Positions 1-9,074 are shown, numbered from the stretch's first letter. The stretch: 19,222 nucleotides of DNA from Candidatus Methylomirabilia bacterium (GCA_041496385.1 JBGQEL010000084.1:1-19222); one strand, 5' to 3'. The notes: generated by a model from the sequence alone, not told the origin. Translations and numbers: made by a program.

Positions 1-2
1 AG

Positions 3-1253
3 GCCGTCCGCGATCTCGTCCGCTCGGCCTTCGGCCACAACGGCCAGAAGTGCTCGGCGACCAGTCTCGCCATCTGCGAGGCCGAGGTGTACGACGACCC
101 CGACTTCAGGCGCCAGCTCCGCGACGCCGCGGCCAGCCTCGAGGTGGGCAGCGCGTGGGAACTATCGAGCCGTATCACCCCGCTGAGCCAGACGCCGGGC
201 GCCGCGCTCCGACGCGCGCTCACCGTCCTCGACGAGGGCGAGGAATGGCTGCTCGAGCCGCGCCCGGCGGCGGACAACCCGCAGCTCTGGTCCCCCGGCA
301 TCAAGCTCGGGGTGCGGCCCGCCTCCTTCTTTCACCGCACGGAGTGCTTCGGCCCCGTGCTGGGACTGATGCGCGCCGGGGACCTCGACCAGGCCATCGA
401 GCTCGCCAACGCGCAACCGTTCGGGCTCACCAGCGGGATCCAGACGCTGGACGATCGCGAGATCGCGCACTGGGTCGACCGTATCGAGGCCGGCAACCTC
501 TACGTCAACCGTCCCATCACCGGGGCGATCGTCGGCCGCCAGCCCTTCGGCGGCTGGAAAGCCTCCTCGGTGGGACCGGGGGCCAAGGCCGGCGGCTGCA
601 ACTACGTGCTGCAGCTCGCGCGCTGGCGCCAGATGACGCGCCCCGCCGGCGACGACGAGTCACTCCCGGAGCCGATGGCCGCACGGCTCGAGCGATGCCT
701 GGCCGCGCTGTCCGACGCCGACGCGTGCGCCCTCGTGCGGGCGAGCGCGGCCAGCTACGCCCGCGCGTGGCGCCAGCACTTCAGCCGCGAGCACGATCCG
801 AACGCGATCCGGGGAGAGCGGAACGCCTTCCGCTACCGACCGTGCCGCCGCGTGATCGCACGGGGAACGACCGCGCGGCCGGAGGCCGCCGCGGCGTTGT
901 GCCAGGTCATCCTGGTGGCGTGCGTTGTGGGAACGCCCCTGACCGTGAGCCTGTCGCCGGACTCAGGACCCTGGGCGTGGCTCGCGGAGTGCGGCGGGGT
1001 GGAGCTCGTGGTGGAGGCGGAGGCCGGGTTCGTAGACCGCCTGGCGCATCCGGACGATGCGGAGCGCGTGAGGGTGTGGGAGCCGATCTCGATCGCGGCC
1101 CGCGCCGCCGCCAACGGCACCGGCGTCACCGTCATCGACGCGCCCGTTCTCGCCAACGGACGCCTGGAGCTCCGCGGCTATCTGAAAGAGCAGACGGTCT
1201 CCCGGGTCCTCCATCGCTATGGCAGCATGACGGAGCCCTCAGCCACCGAGTGA
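3..1253 (+). CDS. putA: Bifunctional proline dehydrogenase / P5C (glutamate semialdehyde) dehydrogenase PutA, C-terminal part (5' truncated by window edge)
   Basis: The frame is open from base 3: AVRDLVRSAFGHNGQKCSATSL contains the ALDH catalytic Cys. It also has ECFGPVL, FGLTSGIQTLD and GNLYVNRPITGAIVGRQPFGGWKASSVGPGAKAGG, plus a C-terminal extension (GERNAFRYRP...EQTVSRVLHRYG) typical of long PutA proteins. Confidence 0.88.
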   Translation, partial: AVRDLVRSAFGHNGQKCSATSLAICEAEVYDDPDFRRQLRDAAASLEVGSAWELSSRITPLSQTPGAALRRALTVLDEGEEWLLEPRPAADNPQLWSPGIKLGVRPASFFHRTECFGPVLGLMRAGDLDQAIELANAQPFGLTSGIQTLDDREIAHWVDRIEAGNLYVNRPITGAIVGRQPFGGWKASSVGPGAKAGGCNYVLQLARWRQMTRPAGDDESLPEPMAARLERCLAALSDADACALVRASAASYARAWRQHFSREHDPNAIRGERNAFRYRPCRRVIARGTTARPEAAAALCQVILVACVVGTPLTVSLSPDSGPWAWLAECGGVELVVEAEAGFVDRLAHPDDAERVRVWEPISIAARAAANGTGVTVIDAPVLANGRLELRGYLKEQTVSRVLHRYGSMTEPSATE

Positions 1254-1429
1254 GCCGCGCCGTGCCGACGCGCCGACCGCGGCCTCGACATCCCCTGCCC
1301 GGCCCGCGCTCGCAAGCCACTGGAAGACCGCCGACGACTCGGTTACCCTCGCGTCACCCGCGGTGACGGTCGCGGCCACTGGACGCACGACGCGTGGAAT
1401 GCCACGGGAACGATGAAAGGAGCGGCGCC

Positions 1430-3595
1430 ATGAGGATGAAGAACGCACTGTATCTGGGCGTGGCGGCGGTCGGGATCGCCGTGGTGTGGGCCGGCTCGGT
1501 GGTCACGCTCGGCGCCCAGCAAGCCGCGAGCCCGGCGGTGAGCATCGACAACGACGACATCGGCGGCGTGGTCACGGGGCCGAGCGGGCCCGAGGCCGGC
1601 GTCTGGGTGATCGCGGAAACGAGCGATCTGCCCACCAAGTTTTCCAGAATCGTCGTCACCGACGACCAGGGCCGGTACGTGGTGCCCGACGTTCCAAAAG
1701 CAAAATACAAGGTGTGGGTGCGCGGCTACGGCCTCGTCGATTCACCGAAGGTCGACGGCGAGCCCGGCAAACAGTTGAATCTCCGCGCGGTGGCGGCGCC
1801 GAACGCGGCCGCGGCGGCGCAATACTATCCGGCGATCTACTGGTACTCGATGCTCAAGATCCCGGACGCGGACCAGTTCGGCGGCAAGAGCAACATTCCC
1901 GCGAACATCACCCAGAGCGACTGGCTCACCGTGGTGAAGAACCGGTCCTGTGTCGGCTGCCATCAGCTGGGCCAGCTGTCCACCCGCACGATCCCCGCGG
2001 CGCTCGGCCAGTTCGAGTCATCGGAGAAGGCGTGGATCCGCCGCGTGCAGTCCGGACAGGCCGCGCCGTTCATGCTCAATCCGTTGACCGCGGTCCTGGG
2101 CGGTGTCCCGTTCAAGTACTTCGGCGATTGGACCGACCGCATCGCCAAGGGCGAGCTGCCGCACAGCAAGCCGCCGCGGCCGCAGGGCGTCGAGCGCAAC
2201 ATCGTCGTGACCACCTGGGAGTGGGGCGACCCGAAGAAATACCTCCACGACCTGATCGCCTCGGATCGCCGCTATCCGACGGTCAACGCCTACGGCCCGC
2301 TCTACGGCTCGCCCGAATACGCCACTGACGACTACCCGATCCTCGATCCCAAGACGCACGTCGTCACGACCTTCAGAGCCCCCGTGCGTGACGCCGACAC
2401 GCCGGAGGCGCTGGGCCCCGGACACGCCGCGATCGAGAAGCCGATGGCGCCGTCGCCCTACTGGGGCGAGGAGAAGCTCTGGGATACCAAGGCCAACAAC
2501 CACAACGGCATGTTCGACAGGAAGGGCAGGGTCTGGTTCGCGGCGACGGTGCGCGGCCCCAACAACCCGGACTTCTGCAAGAAGGGCTCGGACCATCCGT
2601 CGGCCAAGCTGTTCCCGCTGGAGCGGACGAACCGCGCGCTCACGTTCCTCGATCCGAAGACGAAGAAGTACACGTTCGTCGATACGTGCTTCCAGACCCA
2701 TCACCTGCAGTTCGGCTACGACGCCAACGACACGGTGTGGACCAGCGGCGGCGGCCCCGTCGTCGGCTGGGTCAACACCAAGATGTTCGACGAGACGGGC
2801 GACGCGGTCCGGTCGCAAGGGTGGACGGCGTTCGTGCTCGACACCAACGGCAACGGCAAGCGCGACGACTACGTCGAGCCCGATAAACCCGTCGATCCGA
2901 CCAAGGACAAGCGCATCGCCGGGGGCTTCTACGCCGTCATGCCGAGCCCCGTCGACGGCTCGGTCTGGGGCTCCGTCAGCGCATTCGGCGGTACCGCGGC
3001 GGTCGTGCGGGTAGCACCCGGGCCGAACCCGCCGGCGACGGCGCTCGCGGAGATCTACAACGTGCCAAAGCCCTACTTCGGCATCCGCGGCGCCGACATC
3101 GACAAGCAGGGCGTGGTGTGGGCGTCCATGGGGAGCGGCCACATCGGCAGCTTCGACCGTCGCAAGTGCAAGGGGCCGCTCAACGGGCCAAAGGCCACCG
3201 GCGATCACTGCCCGGAGGGCTGGGCCTTCTACCAGTATCCCGGCCCGGGATTCCAGGGCATCGGGGAGAACAGCGCCGAGTCGAGCTACTACACCTGGGT
3301 CGACCAGCACAACACGTTCGGGCTCGGCGAGGACGTGCCGATGTCGACGGGCAACCTCAACGACGGCCTCGTCGCGCTCAAGGACGGCAAGATGATCGTG
3401 CTGCGCGTGCCGTACCCGCTGGGCTTCTACGCCAAGGGGTTCGACGGACGCATCGACGACCCGAACGCCGGCTGGAAGGGCCGGGGATTGTGGACGACGA
3501 GCGGAGACCGGGCGCCGTGGCTCATGGAAGGCGGCAAGGGCAAGAAGCCCGTGGTCGTGCACTTCCAGCTGCGGCCCGATCCGCTCGCTCACTGA
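1430..3595 (+). CDS. Secreted protein with carboxypeptidase-regulatory-like N-domain, single c-type heme motif and probable beta-propeller; function unknown (721 aa)
   Basis: AAAGGAG SD at 1416-1422 precedes ATG 1430, followed by a signal peptide. IGGVVTGPSGPEAGVWVIAE...VVTDDQGRYVVPDVPKAKYKVWVRGYG fits a carboxypeptidase-regulatory-like beta-sandwich. CVGCH is at 1949-1963. Repeated D-x-x-G-x-VW blade motifs (DRKGRVWF, DKQGVVWA) and a DTNGNGKRD Ca-binding-like loop follow. Confidence 0.8.
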   Translation: MRMKNALYLGVAAVGIAVVWAGSVVTLGAQQAASPAVSIDNDDIGGVVTGPSGPEAGVWVIAETSDLPTKFSRIVVTDDQGRYVVPDVPKAKYKVWVRGYGLVDSPKVDGEPGKQLNLRAVAAPNAAAAAQYYPAIYWYSMLKIPDADQFGGKSNIPANITQSDWLTVVKNRSCVGCHQLGQLSTRTIPAALGQFESSEKAWIRRVQSGQAAPFMLNPLTAVLGGVPFKYFGDWTDRIAKGELPHSKPPRPQGVERNIVVTTWEWGDPKKYLHDLIASDRRYPTVNAYGPLYGSPEYATDDYPILDPKTHVVTTFRAPVRDADTPEALGPGHAAIEKPMAPSPYWGEEKLWDTKANNHNGMFDRKGRVWFAATVRGPNNPDFCKKGSDHPSAKLFPLERTNRALTFLDPKTKKYTFVDTCFQTHHLQFGYDANDTVWTSGGGPVVGWVNTKMFDETGDAVRSQGWTAFVLDTNGNGKRDDYVEPDKPVDPTKDKRIAGGFYAVMPSPVDGSVWGSVSAFGGTAAVVRVAPGPNPPATALAEIYNVPKPYFGIRGADIDKQGVVWASMGSGHIGSFDRRKCKGPLNGPKATGDHCPEGWAFYQYPGPGFQGIGENSAESSYYTWVDQHNTFGLGEDVPMSTGNLNDGLVALKDGKMIVLRVPYPLGFYAKGFDGRIDDPNAGWKGRGLWTTSGDRAPWLMEGGKGKKPVVVHFQLRPDPLAH

Positions 3596-3613
3596 TCGCC
3601 GTGATGGACGCGG

Positions 3614-5158
3614 CTACTCCTTCGTCACGTGCTCCACACGCAGGTCGAAGCCGCTCGGGTGGAGCTTGAAGCCCTTCACGCCGGCGCGCGTGGCGACGAC
3701 CTGGACCTCGTGGTCGACGAAGACCCAGGGCGCGTCCTCGACGATGAGGCGCTGCGCCTTCTTGTAGAGCTCGGCGCGCTTGCCGCGGTCGGCGACCTGG
3801 CGGGCCTGGACGAGGAGCTGGTCGACCTCGGGGTTGTTGTAGTTCGACCTGTTCGGCAGCGGCTGATTCTTCGAGAAGAAGAGGGGGTACATCGACAGGT
3901 CCGGGTCCTCCGACTTGAGGAACCAGGAGAGCGCGAACATCGCCGGCGCCTCCGCGCGGATCTTGCCGAGGTACGAGCCCCACTCGAACGTCTTCAAGTT
4001 CGTCTTGACGCCCACGGCCGCCAGGTTCGCCTGCATCACCGTCGCCATCTCGACCGGCGCCTGCATCCCGGAGCCTGACTCCGGCACCCAGAAGTCCACC
4101 TCGAGGCCGTTGGAATAGCCGGCCTCGGCGAGGAGCTTCCTGGCAGCTCCGGCGTCGTACGCATACTTGCGCACGTTCGGCTCGAACGCCCACGTGCCGG
4201 GGAGCAGCGGACCGACCGCCGGGATGCCGGTCCCTTTGAGGATGTCGCGGACGATCGCGTCCTTGTTGACGGCGTGGTTGAAGGCCTGACGCACGCGGCG
4301 ATCGGTGAACGGCTTCTTCTCGACGTTGAAGCCGGCGTACCACACCGTGAGGCCGGTCTTCCTGTGCACGGTGACGCCGGACGTCTTCTCGAGCCGCGCG
4401 ATGAAATCGGGCGGGATGGGCAGGATGAGGTCGACGCCGCCCGTGAGCAGCTCCGTCACGCGGGCGTTGGCCTCAGGGATGCCTCGATAGACCAGCATCT
4501 GCGGCTTGCCCTTGGTGCCCCAGTAGTCGTCGTTGCGCTTCAGCGCGAGGCGGCTGCCGCGCTCCCAGGACTCGAACTTGTACCGCCCGCTGCCCACGGG
4601 CTTCGTGTCGAAGTCCGCGGGCGCCTTCATGAAGGCCGCCGGACTCACGATCGCGCAGTTCGGCAGCGCGAGCAGCGCCAGAAGCGAGCTTGTCGGGTAC
4701 TTGAGCTGCAGCTGCACGGTCTGCGGGTCGAGCGCCTCGACCGACTTCACGCTCGAGAGATAGCCGGTGACGAACGACCACTTGCCGCTCTTCGCGTGCG
4801 GGTGGGCGGGATCGATGACGCGGTCGAAGGTGAACTTGACGGCCGCGGCGTCGAGCGGCGTGCCGTCGTGGAAGCGGACGCCCTTGCGCAGCTTGAACGT
4901 CCACGTCAGCCCGTCGGACGACGCGGTCCAGGACTCCGCGAGCCCGGGGACGATCTCGGTGCTGTCGTCGGGCGTGGCGACGAGCGTTTCGAAGATCTCG
5001 GCGGTCACCCGCAGCGTGTGGAGCCCCAGCGCCTGGCCGGGATCGAGCCCCGGCGGCTCCGCCTCCATGCCGACCACGACCACGTCGCGCGGGACCTGCG
5101 CCCACGCGGGGGCCGCGAGCAGCACGACGGCGAGCAGCGTTGCGACGAGGGTTCTCAT
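3614..5158 (-). CDS. ABC transporter substrate-binding protein, family 5 (dipeptide/oligopeptide/glutathione-like)
   Basis: Signal peptide; family-5 signature IVPGLAESWTASSDGLTWTFKLRKGVRFHDGTPLDAAAVKFTFDR; PVGSGRYKF; PFTDRRVRQAFNHAVNK; NRSNYNNPEVDQLL. Confidence 0.93.
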   Translation of the reverse strand: MRTLVATLLAVVLLAAPAWAQVPRDVVVVGMEAEPPGLDPGQALGLHTLRVTAEIFETLVATPDDSTEIVPGLAESWTASSDGLTWTFKLRKGVRFHDGTPLDAAAVKFTFDRVIDPAHPHAKSGKWSFVTGYLSSVKSVEALDPQTVQLQLKYPTSSLLALLALPNCAIVSPAAFMKAPADFDTKPVGSGRYKFESWERGSRLALKRNDDYWGTKGKPQMLVYRGIPEANARVTELLTGGVDLILPIPPDFIARLEKTSGVTVHRKTGLTVWYAGFNVEKKPFTDRRVRQAFNHAVNKDAIVRDILKGTGIPAVGPLLPGTWAFEPNVRKYAYDAGAARKLLAEAGYSNGLEVDFWVPESGSGMQAPVEMATVMQANLAAVGVKTNLKTFEWGSYLGKIRAEAPAMFALSWFLKSEDPDLSMYPLFFSKNQPLPNRSNYNNPEVDQLLVQARQVADRGKRAELYKKAQRLIVEDAPWVFVDHEVQVVATRAGVKGFKLHPSGFDLRVEHVTKE

Positions 5159-5167
5159 GAGATGAAC

Positions 5168-5602
5168 CTAGAGCGTCTTGACGACTTCGGCCGGCCAGGC
5201 GCGTGCGTCGACACGCGCGTGCCACTCCTTGATCTTCCCGTCGCGGTCGATCACCACGCCGACGCGCTGGGCGCCCTTCTGCGGATCGACGTTGGCGCCG
5301 TAGGCGGTGCCGATCGTCCGGTCGGTGTCACAGATCAGGGGGAAGTTGAAGGTGAACTTCTCGGCGAAAGCCTTGTTCTCGGCCGGCGTATCGAAGGACA
5401 CGCCGAGGATCGCGGCGCCCTTGCGGTCGTAGTCGGCCTTCAGGTCGCGGAACCCGCAACCTTCCGCCGTTCAGCCCGGGGTGTCCGCCTTGGGGAAGAA
5501 CCAGAGCACGACCGACTTGCCCTTGAAGTCCGAGAGCTTCACGGTCTTGCCGGTGTGGTCTTTGCCGGTGAAGTCGGGCGCCTTGTCTCCTGGATTGAGC
5601 AT
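5168..5602 (-). CDS. bcp: Peroxiredoxin BCP/PrxQ family, selenocysteine-containing (in-frame TGA at 5473-5471 = Sec44); 144 aa
   Basis: AGGAGG SD precedes ATG 5602. [96 protein letters not shown]...[13 protein letters not shown] reads as one continuous frame. The TGA sits exactly at the peroxidatic Cys of PxxxTPGCTxEAC. Confidence 0.9.
5435..5470 (-). promoter_or_regulatory. Putative bacterial SECIS element immediately 3' of the Sec codon
   Basis: The mRNA reads UGA ACGGCGGA AGGUUGCGG GUU CCGCGACCU GAAGGCC. This gives a 9-bp stem with one G-U pair and an apical loop starting GU after 17 nt downstream of the UGA. A lower GGC/GCC pairing is possible. Confidence 0.7.
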
Positions 5603-5620
5603 GAGTCCTCCTTGCCGAGC

Positions 5621-5649
5621 ATCCTGCGCCAGCGCCGGCGCGGGGTCAA
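5621..5649 (-). promoter_or_regulatory. Putative sigma70 promoter for the peroxiredoxin and SBP genes
   Basis: Minus strand TTGACC (5649-5644), N17, CAGGAT (5626-5621), just upstream of the AGGAGG SD. Confidence 0.45.
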
Positions 5650-5695
5650 GGAGCGGGCGGCCGGCTGTACAATCCACCGCAGGAGGAACGTCCCC

Positions 5696-6730
5696 ATGAG
5701 CGAGGCGCGCACGCATCCGAAGCTGGAACTGTCGCACACGGCGATGAGCGAGGAGGACGCGCTGCGCCTGCTCGACGGCCACCGCATCCGCCTGGGGAGC
5801 CGCACGATGGACCCCAAGGCCCAGATCGTCGGCGAGTTCGTCAAATCCGTCCGCGTGCCGGGCTATTTCCCCCCGTTGCCCGAGCTGCGCCAGCAGCTCC
5901 GCACGATGGTGACGCTGATGGACGAGCCGGCGCCGGCGCTGCCGCGCATCGAGGACACCAAGATCCCGGGGCCCGCCGGCGAGATTCCGGCGCGCGTCTA
6001 CGCCGCGAGCGTCGGGGGCGCGCCGCGGCCGGCGGTGGCGTACTTCCACGGCGGCGGCTGGGTGCAGGGCGACCTCGAGACCCATCACGGGCTCTGCGCG
6101 CGGCTGGCCCAGCGCTCGGGCGCGCTCGTCGTCGCCATCGACTACCGGCTGGCGCCCGAGCACAAGTTCCCGGCCGCCGTGGAGGACTGCCTGGCGGCCT
6201 ATCGCTGGCTTCGGACCCACGGGCGCGAGATCGGCGCCGACCCCGCCCGCGTGGCCGTCGCCGGCGACTCGGCCGGCGGCAATCTCTCGGCCGTCGTCTC
6301 GCAGCTCGCCGCCTCCGGCGGCACGCCCGTGCCCACGTGCCAGGTGCTGATCTACCCCGGCGTCGACTTCTCGTTCGAGACGGACTCGCACCGCGACCTG
6401 AAGGACGGGCACGTGATCCCGCGCGAGCGTCTCGTCTGGTACGCGGAGCAGTACCTGAGGAGCGAGGCGGACAAGGCCGACCTGCGCGCCTCGCCCCTGC
6501 GCGCGCCAAGCCTCGCCGGCCAGCCGCCGGCGCTCATCATCACTGCCGGCTTCGATCCGCTGCGCGACGAGGGCCGCGCGTACGGCGATCGGCTGCGCGA
6601 GGCCGGCGTGGACGCGGTCCACCGCGAGTACCCGGGCCAGATCCACGCGTTCGTCTCGCTGACCAAGGCGATTCCGCAGGGCCTGGCCTGCACGCTCGAG
6701 ATCGCCGAGTACCTGCGGCGGCGCCTGTGA
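5696..6730 (+). CDS. Alpha/beta hydrolase, HSL-like (family IV) esterase/lipase (344 aa)
   Basis: AGGAGG SD at 5681-5686; YFHGGGWV oxyanion motif; [23 protein letters not shown] nucleophile; FDPLRDEG (Asp); QIHAF (His). A TACAAT -10-like box lies at 5668-5673. Confidence 0.93.
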   Translation: MSEARTHPKLELSHTAMSEEDALRLLDGHRIRLGSRTMDPKAQIVGEFVKSVRVPGYFPPLPELRQQLRTMVTLMDEPAPALPRIEDTKIPGPAGEIPARVYAASVGGAPRPAVAYFHGGGWVQGDLETHHGLCARLAQRSGALVVAIDYRLAPEHKFPAAVEDCLAAYRWLRTHGREIGADPARVAVAGDSAGGNLSAVVSQLAASGGTPVPTCQVLIYPGVDFSFETDSHRDLKDGHVIPRERLVWYAEQYLRSEADKADLRASPLRAPSLAGQPPALIITAGFDPLRDEGRAYGDRLREAGVDAVHREYPGQIHAFVSLTKAIPQGLACTLEIAEYLRRRL

Positions 6731-7749
6731 GGTGGCAACGCACCGTGACCGTGATCGGCTGCCACGTGGGCGGTGAGGACAACCACGTGATCGTCGGCGG
6801 CGTGCTGCCGCCGCCGGGCGCGACCATGTTCGAGAAGAAGCGCTACCTCGAGACGCACGGCGACGAGCTGCGGCGCTGGCTCCTGCACGAGCCACGGGGG
6901 AAGCCCACGCTCTGCGTGAATCTCGTGACGCCGTCCACCCGGCCCGACTGCGACGTGGGCCTGATCATCATGGAAGCGACCGACTATCCGCCGATGTCCG
7001 GGTCGAACACCATCTGCACCGTCACCGTCCTCCTCGAGACCGGCATGCTGCCGATGCGCGAGCCCCTGACGCGCGTCACCCTGGACACGCCCGCGGGCCC
7101 GGTGCCCGTCGAGGCGCGCTGCCGCGACGGCAAGGTGGAGCGGGTGCAGTTCACGAACGTCCCGTGCTTCATCACGCATCTCGGCGCCAAGCTCGACGTC
7201 GAGGGCCGGGGCCCGATCCCGGTCGACGTGGCCTACGGCGGCGCCTTCTTCGCCATCGTCGACGCGCCGTCCCTCGGCTTCGCGGTGGAGCCGAAGGAGG
7301 GGCGGGAGCTGGTCGCCCTCGGCAACCGGATCACGGCCGCCGCCGCCCGGCAGCTTCCCGTGCGCCATCCCGAGAATCCCGACATCCACACCGTGACCTT
7401 CACCGAGTTCGCCATGCCCTTCACGGGCCCGGGGACGGTGAGCCGGAACGCCGTGATCGTCGCCCCCGGCCGCATCGACCGCAGCCCCTGTGGCACCGGC
7501 ACCTCCGCGCGCCTGGCGGTGCTGCACGCGCGCGGGCAGCTCGCGGCGGGGCAGGGATTCGTCCACGAGTCGATCATCGGCTCGCGCTTCGAGGCGGGCA
7601 TCGCGAGCGAGACCACGGTGGGAGGACGGCCGGCCATCGTCCCCACGATCGCCGGCCAGGCGTGGATCACGGGCGTGTTCCAGCACGGCCTGGATCCATC
7701 CGACCCGTTCCGGGGCGGCTTCACGCTGCCGGACATGTGGTTCGCGTGA
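6727..7749 (+). CDS. Proline racemase superfamily protein (hydroxyproline epimerase/dehydratase-like), Ser-Cys active-site type (340 aa)
   Basis: GTG start overlaps the upstream TGA (GTGA). Motifs: [24 protein letters not shown] (Ser where MCGH enzymes have Cys), [38 protein letters not shown]. Confidence 0.92.
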   Translation: MRWQRTVTVIGCHVGGEDNHVIVGGVLPPPGATMFEKKRYLETHGDELRRWLLHEPRGKPTLCVNLVTPSTRPDCDVGLIIMEATDYPPMSGSNTICTVTVLLETGMLPMREPLTRVTLDTPAGPVPVEARCRDGKVERVQFTNVPCFITHLGAKLDVEGRGPIPVDVAYGGAFFAIVDAPSLGFAVEPKEGRELVALGNRITAAAARQLPVRHPENPDIHTVTFTEFAMPFTGPGTVSRNAVIVAPGRIDRSPCGTGTSARLAVLHARGQLAAGQGFVHESIIGSRFEAGIASETTVGGRPAIVPTIAGQAWITGVFQHGLDPSDPFRGGFTLPDMWFA

Positions 7750-9074
7750 CGCCGCTGCGCGGGCCGAAGGGGAGCTTCCTTCTCGGAAACGCCCGCGAGT
7801 TCCAGCGTGATCAGCTCGGGTTCTATGCGTCGTGCGCGCGCGAGTACGGCGACGTCGTGCCGTTTCGGCTGGGTCCGTTCCGCGCCCTGCTGGTCTACCA
7901 TCCGGACGCCATCGAGGAAGTCCTGGTGACTCGGAACCGGGACTTCGTCAAGAGTCCCGGCGTCCGGCTGCTCCGGCCTCTGGTCGGCGACGGCGTGTTT
8001 CTTGCCGAGGGCGCGGCCTGGTTGCGCCAGCGCCGTCTCGTGCAGCCCGCGTTCCACCGCCAGCGCGTCACCGGCTACGGCGGTGTCATGACCGCCTTCA
8101 CCGAGCGCCATCTGGCCGGCTGGAGGGACGGGGCTGTCGTCGATGTGCACGCGGAGATGATGGCGGTGACCCAGGCCATCGTCGCCAAGACGCTCTTCGA
8201 CGCCGACATCTCCGGCGACGCCCACGCGGCCACCCAGGCGGCGGAGGTGCTGATGGCGGACTTCGGCGCGCGCATGCAGGCCTCCCGCCTGCTTCCGCAC
8301 TGGGTGCCGACGCCGGCCAACGTGAAATCGAGCCGGGCGATCCGGCGCCTCGACCAGCTCGTCTACCGCATCATCGCGGAGCGTCGAGCGAGCCGCGAGG
8401 ACCGCGGCGATCTGCTCTCGATTCTCCTCGGCGCTCAGGACGCCGACGATGGCAGCCGGATGACCGACCGCCAGGTCCGCGACGAGGTGATGACCCTCTT
8501 CCTGGCGGGCCACGAGACCACCGCCGTCGCGCTGTCGTGGACCTGGTACCTGCTCGCCCAGCACCCGGACGTCGACGCCCGGCTCGCCGAGGAGCTCCGC
8601 GCGGTGCTGGGCGGTCGCGCCCCGACCGCGGACGATCTGCCGAAGCTCACGTACGCCGAGATGATCGTGAACGAATCCATGCGACTCTACTCGCCGGCGT
8701 ACGGGATCGGGCGCCAGGCGTCGCGGCCGACCGAGATCGCCGGGCACCCCGTGAAGCGCGGGACGATCGTGATCATGCCGACCAGCGTGGTGCAGCGCGA
8801 CCGCCGCTGGTTCGAGGACCCCGACGCCTTCCGTCCGGAGCGCTGGGCCGGCGACCTCATCCGCCGGCTGCCGCGCTACGCCTACTTCCCCTTCGGCGGC
8901 GGCCCGCGCCAGTGCATCGGCATCGGGTTCGCGATGATGGAGGCCATCCTGCTCCTCGCGACGGTCGCCCAGCGCTTCCGCCTGTCGCTGGTCCCCGGCC
9001 AGCGGATCACGCCGACGCCCTACGTCACCCTGCGCCCCGAGCCCGGGATCCGCATGCTGCTCGCCCGGCGATGA
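7746..9074 (+). CDS. Cytochrome P450 (442 aa)
   Basis: GTGA overlap with the upstream gene; I-helix LAGHETT; ExxR (ESMR); PERW; heme-thiolate motif FGGGPRQCIG. Confidence 0.95.
   Translation: MTPLRGPKGSFLLGNAREFQRDQLGFYASCAREYGDVVPFRLGPFRALLVYHPDAIEEVLVTRNRDFVKSPGVRLLRPLVGDGVFLAEGAAWLRQRRLVQPAFHRQRVTGYGGVMTAFTERHLAGWRDGAVVDVHAEMMAVTQAIVAKTLFDADISGDAHAATQAAEVLMADFGARMQASRLLPHWVPTPANVKSSRAIRRLDQLVYRIIAERRASREDRGDLLSILLGAQDADDGSRMTDRQVRDEVMTLFLAGHETTAVALSWTWYLLAQHPDVDARLAEELRAVLGGRAPTADDLPKLTYAEMIVNESMRLYSPAYGIGRQASRPTEIAGHPVKRGTIVIMPTSVVQRDRRWFEDPDAFRPERWAGDLIRRLPRYAYFPFGGGPRQCIGIGFAMMEAILLLATVAQRFRLSLVPGQRITPTPYVTLRPEPGIRMLLARR

Noticed and set aside
1300..1345. Cobalamin riboswitch-like words (GCCACTG, GAAGACC)
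   Set aside because: The other core elements (GGGAA, the CCCGC-ACTGT region and the correct order and spacing) are missing.
2018..3592. Long antisense ORFs (this one, and also 14880-16637, 11867-13498, 7233-8747)
   Set aside because: They mirror well-supported genes on the opposite strand, as expected from strong GC3 bias, and show no recognisable motifs.
5168..5602. Peroxiredoxin as a pseudogene, or the 77-aa ORF 5168-5401 as a standalone gene
   Set aside because: The only interruption is a TGA exactly at the catalytic Cys, followed by a SECIS-like hairpin, and both halves are intact. Recoding explains this better.
4274..5695. 818-aa ORF as a long N-terminally extended esterase
   Set aside because: The extension is antisense to the SBP and peroxiredoxin genes. 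The real start is ATG 5696 with an AGGAGG SD.
6337..9070. Long N-terminal extensions of the racemase (6337), P450 (7164) and DUF1028 (7832) ORFs suggesting overlapping genes or fusions
   Set aside because: These are Arg/Pro/Gly-rich off-frame readings typical of high-GC DNA. Family homology starts at the 4-bp overlap start codons.
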